From the NCBI GenBank assembly GCA_001179505.1, contig CDMY01000321.1:58687-122686 (forward strand): 64,000 bases of DNA, given 5' to 3'. The position numbers and the translations under genes were made by a program. This stretch comes from Vitrella brassicaformis CCMP3155. Its lineage: Eukaryota > Protista > Chromerida. The notes under the pieces were generated by a model. It had not been told where the DNA came from and did not search any database. It saw only the letters and a list, made by a program, of their open reading frames with translations. Positions within the stretch are counted from its first letter, which is position 1; each line of letters opens with the position of its first letter. This document shows, piece after piece, positions 36,938-47,883 of this stretch.

Positions 36938-39900
36938 ATGATGGGGGATGTTGTTGTGTATATAAAATTTGATGTTGTTGTGTCATTTGTACTCATTTAT
37001 TCATGCATCGTCGGCCGTGTTCATTCGTACACAACCGGGTGGCCTGAAGGTATACATGGGCGGGAGAGAGAGGGCGGGAGAGAGAGGAGCACAGATCTGC
37101 CCGCCTGCCTTCAGCACCACTGTCTGCCTGCCTGCCTGCGCTCCTTCAGATGTGGAGTGCGCCCCCGACGGCAATCGCGCGAGTCAGATCACTGCACACT
37201 CACACAAGCACATCTGCCACAATGTAGTATCTGCCGACAATGTGGGATGGTCTGTGTGCTGGTTTGTTGGCTGCAGACGTCTGCTTCCAGCCAGGCAGGG
37301 CGACGGTCCCGCCTCCGCGAGAGAATGCCAGGTGAGCGGGAGAGAGAGAGATGATCTACATCTCATCTTTCCCTCTCCCTCTGCAGTTGCTACGAGTGGG
37401 ACTACAATATCCCCGACAACAACATCAGCGAGCCCATCACCGTCAGCGCCATTGGCGTCACTGACAACGTGTTCGAGATCTCGAGCATCGGGGTCGACGT
37501 CAATGCACTGGGCCACATGGTGTCCCGACCTTACGACTGCCAGGTGGGTGGGTCGGCACAGAGAGATTCACACACAGACGTGTCTAAGATACGTTTGTGT
37601 TCGCGAACTTGGAATGAATGGATGATCGATCAATCGGTGGCTGCATTCATGCGCCCAACGCCAACGGTTGTCAGAGGGGGTGCCAAGTGTACGATCGGTG
37701 CAACGCGTGGACATTCACCAGGCCCGGCGGGTGCTTCTTGAAGTCATCGGACGAGGGCAAGGTGTACCAGCCAGAGGAAAAGACCGAGAGCGGTATCGAG
37801 AACTGGTATGTGTCGGGCGCCAAGTACTCAATGGACTGCACTCCGCAAGGTATGTTTGCATGACGGACGGGACGCAGCGCACACACGCGCGGTATGGCCC
37901 TCTGTGTTGATGTGCGTTTCCATGTTGACTCAGGTGCATTAGTTAGTCCCTGCTACGAGTACAACGTGAGCCTTGGCCCCCAAAGAAGAATCGGACATCC
38001 TCTGTGTCAAGGCGTGTGCCCACCGTGCCTGTGTGTGTGTGTGTATCTCTTGATGCAGATGATGTGTCTGTTTCCGAACAGTCGCCACCACTACCAGCAA
38101 GGGGTCGAGAATGTCACCGTGGAGGAGTGCCACAATCTATGCCGCGAAATACCTGCCTGCATGGCATTCACACATTTCGACCGGTTTCCCCGCAACGGAC
38201 GAATCGTGAGGAACGTCTGCAGGATATGCGGGCAGAAGGATCGCAAGATATGCGCCCCAGGGGCAGTCATGTGAGTAGGCGGGCGCCATGGAAGCGTCAT
38301 GGCTGCCCTCCACTCACATGATCGATCTGTATGTGTGTGTGTGCAGGGGCTGGGTCGAGGTACGGTTGAATGGGGAAAATGGATACTATGACACAGAACG
38401 TCATCGTTACGTGTGGGTGTCTGTCTGTCTGTGTGTGTGACACAGGGCCACGACTGTGGTCCAGTCCCCGGCACCACGTGGCCGCCCCCGCCTGTCCCCC
38501 CTCTCAATCGCGACGGCCTGCACAACATGCCCGCTGACCCGTCTCGCTATTGGGGGCTGCCCAAAGAGCCCAATGCATGGGCCACAGGCAAGAAAGGGAC
38601 AGCGGAGGAGCGTTCATTCCAACGGGGAGACATCGGCGCGCCGCCGTTTCTGACCAAGCCCCTCAACTACTCCGTGCGTGCCAACGATGAGGTTCGTGTG
38701 GGGATTGCAAACTGCGGATGCTATCAATTCGGCGTACAGCCCGACCCTGAAACGTCCACTATAGTTGCCAACATCGATCTGTGAGCACACACAGAGAGGC
38801 AGATGGATAGAGAGATACAAGCTATGCGATGTGTCTTCATTTCTTCCGTCGTGACTGATCAGGCTGACCTATCCCCCGGTCAGCTGCCAGGAACTGGTGA
38901 GCTCATCGTCACACGGCCGTCCGTCCAACCATGTACACGACGCTCTCTCCCTGGCTTGGTGTTGTTCAGTGCGTTGAAGAGCCGGAGTGCGAGGCATTCA
39001 CCTCTACCAGCTACAAGTGCCTCCTCTGGAAGGATGTGACTCAGTGGCGGCTCGATCAGGTGGGTCCATAGGCTGGCAAACTTGTCTCACTTGACCGACG
39101 TACGCATTCTCCCATCCTTGGATGCTTGTATGCCTGCAGGTGGAGCCGATTGTGATCTCAGGACCGCGGCTGTGTCCTACAACGCTCATTGGTACACCCG
39201 CCCGCCAACGCATCTGTGTGCAGATATATGACGATCGGCGTCGTTTGTGGCTTCGTGTGTGCAGAGCAGGGTTACGCGTGCAGTCTGGACCATTACAGAG
39301 CGAAATTCTCGTCGCTGTCGCTGCTCATGCTGCGAATCCCCAAGATATCGATGCCCTATGGCGAGAGCTGCCCCACACAGGCACGCGACGCACGCCCATG
39401 CATGCGCCCGTCGAGAAGACCTCTTTGATCCACCCTCTGTGTGCAGATCAACCCTTACGTGTTTGTCTTCATCATGGCGGCGTGTCTGCTGGTGTTCATG
39501 GCGTATGGCTACGCCCGTCACACTCGGAGGCGTCATCCCAGCACGGTGGTGTGGCGCGTGGTTATGGCGGCACCGCCGCAGTCGGCACTATCGCACACGG
39601 TGAGTCAGCCATGCAGGCAGGCACACGAAGGGCTACAGGGTGGATCGTTATGCGTCTTCCTTTTCTTTCTGCAGTTGCATTTGTGGTCTCCTTGTTCCGT
39701 GTTAATTACATTGGGATGCTCTTCTGGGCAGCATGTGGCCATTTCCTTGCTGTAAGTGACGAACAGTAGTACAGGGAGCTGTTCAGATTGATATTGATGG
39801 TGCGCGATCAGATGGTGTTGTTCAACGAGGTTATTGTGGTCCTCTACAATGTGTCGTGGGTAAGTGGCTCGGCGGGCGACACAGAGACAAAGACACACGG

Positions 39901-40444
39901 ACACTAGGCAACGGACACCTCCTGTCTGTGTGTGTGTGTGTGTAGGTGACGAGCCACCCATCCTACGCCCAAACCTTCTCCCGCCTCAGGATACGGCGGG
40001 GTTTCACGCGAACAGCCTCCAAGCTCTCCGACAGCACCACCATAGCCGCCACGCAGCGTGACCAGCAGCTGAACCAGCCCCCAATGGTCAAGAAGACTGT
40101 TAGCTTCGTCGACCATCTCGCCGAGCCGCCAAACACCGACGACACAGAAGGAGGAGACCTCGAGTCCAACAAGGCCGCCAATGACGACATAGCGTCCTTC
40201 TGTCCGTCATTCGATTTCAGCGCCCTCTCATCTGACGCCGTCTTCGGGCCGTGGGACACCCAAGTCGGCAAGCACGCCGGCGACCTGGCCCTGCCGGAAG
40301 AGGTCACCGAATCAGCCCCGCCTGAGATCGACTCCTCCCCCACCACCGCCAGCAGGAAGCTGACCGAGGTCGCCACCCCGCTCGGCGCGCAAGCGGCAGA
40401 CGTGCCGCTCGTGGCGGAGTCGTGTCCTCCGACATTCACACATG
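36938..40444 (+). pseudogene. PAN/Apple multipass protein paralog B, frameshifted and truncated by a gap
   Basis: Highly similar to paralog C, with +1 T at about 37228 (first base after an acceptor) and -1 nt at about 39573 in the TM2 exon. Either pseudogene or assembly error. Confidence 0.62.
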
Positions 40445-40744
40445 NNNNNNNNNNNNNNNNNNNNNNNNNNNNNNNNNNNNNNNNNNNNNNNNNNNNNNNN
40501 NNNNNNNNNNNNNNNNNNNNNNNNNNNNNNNNNNNNNNNNNNNNNNNNNNNNNNNNNNNNNNNNNNNNNNNNNNNNNNNNNNNNNNNNNNNNNNNNNNNN
40601 NNNNNNNNNNNNNNNNNNNNNNNNNNNNNNNNNNNNNNNNNNNNNNNNNNNNNNNNNNNNNNNNNNNNNNNNNNNNNNNNNNNNNNNNNNNNNNNNNNNN
40701 NNNNNNNNNNNNNNNNNNNNNNNNNNNNNNNNNNNNNNNNNNNN
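40445..40744. other. Assembly gap (300 N placeholder)
   Basis: Run of N. Confidence 1.
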
Positions 40745-41402
40745 GCACTGGGGGTGTCTGCGGGTCGGCCACCTGCCGCCCCTCTCCGCCCTGGAGAGGG
40801 CGGCGGTGCGCTCTCATGCACCCCCAGCACTCCGTGCGTGGTTGTTATAAGGGCGTGTTTGTGTGTGACTGGGCGATCTGCACTGGCTGGCCACCTGGGG
40901 ATGGGCGGTATCTACGTATGGAGTCATGGTGCCTGACGCACGCACGCACGCCGCCTTCAAGCTGCTGCTGGGGTGGCGTGTGTGCGACGCTGTGTGCCTG
41001 CTTGTATGTGGACGTCGTTCGCAGCGCGTTGCATATCCTCCTGTCTGCTGCATCTGCCCTCTGCGTGCTGCGTGTTGCGTGTCCGGGTTGCATGTTAGGG
41101 TGCCTGTTTCATGTTGGACAGACCGACAGGGGACTTGGCCGTCAGGCCACCTAGGGTGCTCCCTGAAACCGCTGCTGCTCGACGTTCCACACACACTTCG
41201 GTCCCTCTTCAAAGTACGATTTGCGAACGACAAGCAATGCTGTATCGTGGCCAGCGGCCTGTTGGCGGAGGCTACGTGCCCGTTGAGCACCCACACACCA
41301 AGCCTCAACCGGACTCGTCACCAATCCGAATGCACGTACGTGGTTCTCGGACAGCAAACGAACGCCTGCTTGCGTGACACTGTGCGTGTCACTGGTGTAC
41401 AG

Positions 41403-44140
41403 GTGAGGCGGGATGTGCGACTCTCTGTCCACGGGCGACCCCTGTCTCCGCCAAGAGGAAACAACGTTCGGTCCACCACGCCTCCAGCCAAACTCACCCT
41501 GACGGCGGCCCTCGGCCCCCTTCCCAAAGCGCCAGCACGCAGCTCTGCGCCGCCAGCAGCGTCACAGGGCAGGAGAGATCGGCCAGCTACGGCGGCTGGG
41601 AGATATGGGGGAAGAGATAAAGCGAACAGGGATATGGTGCTGCCGCAGCTGCGGGTGCCGCAGCCTGCTGGGGCTCCCGAGCTGTATGTCAACAAGATCG
41701 ATGTGGAGGGTGTGGACGGGAGGAACCCCGCCGTGCAGCAAGCATACAACCGGCTGGCTCCCTTCGACCCCATTAACCAACCGAAGCTCAGCCAGCACAA
41801 GCCGCCGTTTCTCTCGAGAAACGCCAATGTCAGCCCCAACGTCAGCGTCAGCCCCCCCTCGCAGTCACCGATGCCCGTGTTCTCGCCCCTCCCCTTCCCA
41901 ACCATCGCCCCCGGCAGCCCCAACATCCAGTATCATGTACCTGCCAGCTACAACCGTGTGGAGGCCAAGACCAGCCCGCCCATGCTGTCCCGCGTCAAGA
42001 TGCCGATCGTCATGCCTCCCCCTGCCGGCTGGATGCCGCGGAAGGAGCCAGTGCCGGTCGAGGAGACGAAGGACGAGACAGAGGGAGAGCAAGAGCTGCC
42101 GATGTTCGGGAGAGACAATGTCATTGCCACAATCGCAGAGCCACCAGACGAGCCGATGACAGAGCAGCAGCCGGAAGCAGCGCAACAAAGGGACGAGGAC
42201 ATGCTGCCGCCTAAGCGAGGAGAAGAGGGAGACATGGACATAAACTATGTGCCGTCGGGTGACGAGCCGGAAGAAGTGACTATCGAGGAGCCTTCTTCTC
42301 TGGCAGTCGGGTTTGAGGCCGTGGGTGAGCCGGAGGAGGACGAGGCGATGGATGAGGACGAGGCAATGGTTGAGGATGACGTCGAGGACTACGCCAACAA
42401 GTCACGGCGGTCAAGTGGGAGACGCAATCTCTTCCGCCAAAACACCACTCTCAAACGAGCATTCTCAGGTGGGGCGTGGACCGACTACAGACAGTCAGAC
42501 ACACACACACACAAGCTGTGTCCAATCCTTATGCATGTCTCATGCAGACACATTGATATCTGTCATTGACGGCAAGGCCAGCGGCGAAGGCCAGGGCGGG
42601 GAGGAAGAGGGGGAGGACGAGGGGGATGAGCTGGAGGCAGAGGAGGAGGCGCCCGGCCCGCTGGTCAGGAAGTTCAAATCCTACCAGTCCATGCGAACTG
42701 GCATCAAGTCGCCTACGGCCTCCACCACGCAGTCAAGACGGCCTAGCGGGCAGCAAGAGGGAGAGGGAGAGGCAGAGAGAGAGGGAGAAGGAGAGCCACC
42801 TGCTGAAGCAGAAGGCATGGTCGAGCGGCCAGAATCCTCCTTCCGTCCAGGAGACCTCGTCGAGTCCAGACGAGGCTCGGACAGCCGTTCTATGGGCCTG
42901 AAAAGCATGTACAGTAAGGCAGAGAGCCTCTACAGCCATTGGGACCGGAGCGAATACGATGAGACGGAGGACCAGGTGCAGTTGGCGGCGGGAAGGGCGA
43001 GGAGGGGCGCGGCGCAGCAGGAGGTGACGACCGATAGCGTCAAGATGCTGTTTGACCTGTTCGCTGATCGGGACGGGTGGCTCAATGTGTCGGCATTTTT
43101 GAGACTGGTGAGACAGAGAGACGGAGGGAGGGAGGCAGGCAGGGAGGGAGGGAGGGAGTGAGGGAGAGAGGGAGTGAGGTTTAATACACACAAAGACATG
43201 CAGTCCTCTCTCTTCTCTCTTTCTGATCATCCCAGATCCGTGAGGCGGATTTGCTTGACCCTTATCGGTGCAACAGAGATGACGTAGAGAAGATCTTCAA
43301 GCAGCTGAGGGACCGGTTCTCGGGCGAACTGGACTATCCCCGCTTCATCAAGGGCCTCAGGAGCGTCGCTGAACAGCTCGGCATTCCAGAACACATTGTG
43401 AGCAGTGACAGATGCTCACGAGAGCTGGACAAGTATTGTCTCTTTGCCTTTCTCTCTCTGTGCAGGCGAAGGCGCAGGCAATGGCGGCGTTCTACAAGAA
43501 GATCCCCAAGCGCAAAGCAGCCCCGCCACCACCCACAGGTAGCCTCCCACTCCAACACACACTCATTCACACGTGTCTAACTGTCACTGCGGCTCCTTTT
43601 CCCCGATCCTGCAGATGCAGGTGTGCGCAAGCCAATGGCCTCGCCCAAGCAGCCTGCCGCTGCTGCTGCGGCGGCGGCGGCGAAAGTAAGGTCGCCGCCC
43701 ACCAATATCCCCAGTCCACCAGAGGACGTCAACCAAACGGGCGATGGGAAGAGGTAGGTGGCCATACCAACCGGAGACACGTGTTGTCCGCTTCCCCCCC
43801 TGCATGTGTCTCTTTTTTCGTGCCTCCACACAGCGTTGTGCGGCGTCCCAAGGCTCCGAGGGCCCCCCGTGTTGTTCGTCGGCATAGCCACGACTATGAC
43901 CAGCCACAGCCCAAGATCGATAACTCCAGATTCAGGAAGAAGGAGGGTTTGATGGACGCTATTCTGCAGGACATGGCGCAGTCGTGTGCACTGATGCAGT
44001 GGCAAGCGCCCAACGTTGAGGCCCTTAAGGCGCGGCGGATGACCAAGGCCAAGGAGGCGGCCGAGGCGGCGCAGGCCAGACGGGGGTCTCTCGCTGTGCT
44101 CCAAGACAAAATCGCCGATTTGCAGCGAATCGATGAGTGA
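41403..44140 (+). CDS. Large disordered protein with a p25-alpha/TPPP-like (EF-like) domain; start uncertain (first clear ATG 41634)
   Basis: Pro-rich and Glu-rich N-terminus, then LFDLFADRDGWLNVSAFLRLIREADLLD..RDDVEKIFKQLR..ELDYPRFIKGLRSVAEQLG, which fits the p25-alpha pattern. C-terminal helical segment ends IDE*. Confidence 0.62.
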
Positions 44141-44598
44141 GTGAGTAGGGTAGTGAGAGGTGGGTGGGCAGAGGGGTGGGTGGGAAACGGCTTGAGCGGA
44201 CCTTTTCTCAGCCCCGCTGCACGTTTGTCAGACTGCGTGAGTGAGGTGACGGGCTTTCCACTGTTCTCCGTGGCTGTGGATTGATTTGCTCACTGCTCTC
44301 CTTCCTCTCTTGGCTGGATGGTTGGTTGGATGTGTGCACGTTTCATGGAGGGAGCCATCCATTATATCAGCACGAAAAGACACACGGATCGTCCAGTCCA
44401 TATGGATTCATTCAACGTTCGCTGCTTTGTGGGTCCGTTATATCCATCCATCCATACGTGCGTGCCGTGCATGTCCTTTCCACGCGCAGCCAGCCGTAGA
44501 TTCATCGATACATCAATGCATTTATGCAGGGCCGTTTGCCTCTTACGCATGTATGTATCAGCGAACCAGTCTTCGTCTATCCTTCTTCTGTCTTTGCC

Positions 44599-46268
44599 TC
44601 ACGAGCGGCGGCGCATGTATGGCGGCAGGGGCGGCTTTCGCCTGCTGCCGTTGCCGGGGGTGTTGCCGCGCCGCTGGTTGAGCGGGCCGCCTGCACGGGC
44701 AGGGGGCGGCGAGCGGAGCAACGGTGGACACACTGGCGGCGAACATGGGGGGCATCCTCTGCGACTGGGAGACGATAAGTCCACACGCACCAAACGGGGG
44801 CCGTCACGCCTGCATACACACGCACGCACACACACAGCCCACGGGAGACACATAAACAGGCATCATTCACGTCTCTCTGTCTCTGCCTCGTCTCTCCCTG
44901 TGTCAGCTCAATTAACCCGCTCACGTGCGTGTCAGGGATGTGCCGTGAGATGCCTCCCGACCAGCGCCAGCCTGCGGGTACTGGTTGCTCATCCTGGGCG
45001 CCATCATGGGCGACGCCATGCCACTACCACTTGTCAGGCAGGTCCCGCCAGCTCCCTGTCGAACAGCACCAGTCTGACCGTACTGCACCACCCTGGGTGC
45101 TCCCATGGGCGGCGAGGCCATGCCACCGACATCGCCAACACCCGGAGCCCTTCCCGTGTCCCGCGCCACCGGGTGAGGAGGAGGATGCGACCACAGATGC
45201 TCCAACCTGCGCGACGGACCATGTGCCGGGGGCGGAGCTGCAAATGGGTTACTCATCTGCGCATGTGCACACACACAAATGGACATGTCACGGTTCCTTT
45301 GCTCTTGCTTGCCATGTGCTCGAGAATTGGCGGGCGCACGTGAGGCAGACGTGGGCTTACCAAAGCAGCGCCGTGCACATCCTGCACAAGGGAGAGACAA
45401 AGAGAGACATGACACGTCATGCTGTCTGTCTCTCTCGCCCACCGGTCTCTGCAACTGTGCCACATTCATGTTCATCGGTGGCTGCACACTGGCCGTGCGA
45501 TGGGCCTGGACAGGCTGAGAAACAAGGACGCAGGCCAAGGAGAGACTCACGTGTGTTTCCTTCCGTCTGTGCTCTTATCTGCCGATTTCGGCCACCGTCT
45601 GCTCACCCGATAAGGGTCCCGAGTCACCCTAGGCTTGCGAACATAGACTATACGATCCTGGATGACCTGATGAGCGGAAGGAGACATGACGGACAGCCTG
45701 ACTCGGTCTGTCTGTCTGTCTGTCTGTCTGACACAGGCGTACCTTCTTGGGTACCTCAACGAACTTCTCCTTGTACACGGTTTGGGGCAGTTCCACGACC
45801 TGCTCCTCGATCTCGTGTTTCTCGATCTCGATGACTCTCTCCTGCTCACAGCGACCAAGGGACACACACACGTGTGAAGCTCATGCAGTGCAGAAAAGAC
45901 CGAAGCGTGAAGAAGCACTGACCGACCTTGACAACAGGTTGAGCGATGAATTTCGGCGGCACAAACGGGACAGCCGCCGTCCGGTTCGACGCCTGTCGGG
46001 CCGACGGGCAGCCCGACAGGGGTGCGGGCGGTGTAAACCCCAGCATGGAGGGCGGGGGTGGCAAAGGCGACTGCCTGGCCGGTCCAGGACCTCTCTGCAG
46101 CACCGTCTGGACGAAGCGCCCGTTGGGCGGCGTGACCGGCATTGGCGGCCTTCCGAACTGTGGCAGAGGACCGGGGGGGCCCACATAAGGCCGCTGATGG
46201 GGTAGTGAAGCGGTCTTGCACTGGAATGAGCCGACTGACGGGGGAGGAGGGGGTGGAACTGGGAACAT
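44599..46268 (-). CDS. Pro-rich protein with alveolin/IMC-like repeat, copy 1 (complete)
   Basis: Seven in-frame GT-AG exons. Core ERVIEIEKHEIEEQVVELPQTVYKEKFVEVPKKVIQDRIVYVRKP matches the EKIVEVP-type alveolin repeat. Confidence 0.7.
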
Positions 46269-46284
46269 GGCGCAAAAACACGGC

Positions 46285-46584
46285 NNNNNNNNNNNNNNNN
46301 NNNNNNNNNNNNNNNNNNNNNNNNNNNNNNNNNNNNNNNNNNNNNNNNNNNNNNNNNNNNNNNNNNNNNNNNNNNNNNNNNNNNNNNNNNNNNNNNNNNN
46401 NNNNNNNNNNNNNNNNNNNNNNNNNNNNNNNNNNNNNNNNNNNNNNNNNNNNNNNNNNNNNNNNNNNNNNNNNNNNNNNNNNNNNNNNNNNNNNNNNNNN
46501 NNNNNNNNNNNNNNNNNNNNNNNNNNNNNNNNNNNNNNNNNNNNNNNNNNNNNNNNNNNNNNNNNNNNNNNNNNNNNNNNNNNN
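46285..46584. other. Assembly gap (300 N placeholder)
   Basis: Run of N. Confidence 1.
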
Positions 46585-47510
46585 CGCAAGGATGACAGAT
46601 AGCCTGGCTCGAGCGTCTGCACAAGGGAGAGACAAAGAGAGACATGACACGTCATGCTGTCTGTCTCTCTTGCCCACCGGTCTCTGCAACTGTGCCACAT
46701 TCATGTTCATCGGTGGCTGCACACTGGCCATGCGATGGGCCTGGACAGGCTGAGAAACAAGGACGCAGGCCAAGGAGAGGAGACTCGCGTGTGTTTCCCT
46801 CCGTCTGTGCTCTTATCTGCCGATTTCGGCCACTGTCTGCTCACCCGATAAGGGTCCCGAGTCACCCGAGGCTTGCGAACATAGACTATACGATGCTGGA
46901 TGACCTGATGAGCGGAAGGAGACATGACCGACAGCCTGACTCGGTCTGTCTGTCTGTCTGTCTGTCTGTCTGACACAGGCGTACCTTCTTGGGTACCTCA
47001 ACGAACTTCTCCTTGTACACGGTTTGGGGCAGTTCCACGACCTGCTCCTCGATCTCGTGTTTCTCGATCTCGATGACTCTCTCCTGCTCACAGCGACCAA
47101 GGGACACACACACGTGTGAAGCTCATGCAGTGCAGAAAAGACCGAAGCGTGAAGAAGCACTGACCGACCTTGACAACAGGTTGAGCGATGAATTTCGGCG
47201 GCACAAACGGGACAGCCGCCGTCCGGTTCGACGCCTGTCGGGCCGACGGGCAGCCCGACAGGGGTGCGGGCGGTGTAAACCCCAGCATGGAGGGCGGGGG
47301 TGGCAAAGGCGACTGCCTGGCCGGTCCAGGACCTCTCTGCAGCACCGTCTGGACGAAGCGCCCGTTGGGCGGCGTGACCGGCATTGGCGGCCTTCCGAAC
47401 TGTGGCAGAGGACCGGGGGGGCCCACATAAGGCCGCTGATGGGGTAGTGAAGCGGTCTTGCACTGGAATGAGCCGACTGACGGGGGAGGAGGGGGTGGAA
47501 CTGGGAACAT
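46585..47510 (-). CDS. Alveolin-like gene copy 2 (5' exons; 3' end lost in gap)
   Basis: 46617-47524 is near-identical to 45382-46284. The fifth exon differs from copy 1. Confidence 0.65.
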
Positions 47511-47641
47511 GGCGCAAAAACACGGCAAAAGACTCTGCAGCTCCTGCAATTAGCAGGTACAAGGGCGGGAGGCGGTGATTCTTCTCGCTCGAAACGATTC
47601 TTCTCGCGAAAACGATGCTGGGGGCAACGCGATCGCCCCCA

Positions 47642-47649
47642 TGCGAGCT
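47642..47649 (+). promoter_or_regulatory. TGCGAGCT motif upstream of alveolin-like copy 2
   Basis: Exact octamer; duplicate of 50981-50988. Confidence 0.5.
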
Positions 47650-47883
47650 TAGCTCCACGGGAAGGCAATGGACCTAACGGCGGCAGCGCTATCAGCGCGG
47701 TACCACTTCCTCATCCCATATGAGAAACAAGGATGCAGGCCAAGGTGCAGCAGCATCCTGCATGCTGCGAGAATCTCTTGCCGCGAGACGCTTTGTCTCT
47801 TCTTTCTTTATCCTCCTTTGTCATTTTTTCCATCACAACCTATTTCACCCTTGACCGACCCTTGTCATCGGCTGTGAGCCACC

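Noticed and set aside
39232-39573. Apparent compensating -2 and -1 frameshifts in paralog B giving the continuous ORF 39122-39769
   Set aside because: Comparison with A and C shows a conserved phase-1 intron (LI-G|gt...cag|(A/E)QGY) covering the -2 indel, so it is intronic and nothing is compensated in the spliced mRNA.
40926-41402. N-terminal ~160 aa of the 547-aa ORF 40926-42569
   Set aside because: Cys/Val-rich, GT-repeat-derived composition typical of non-coding DNA; coding character begins near 41403.
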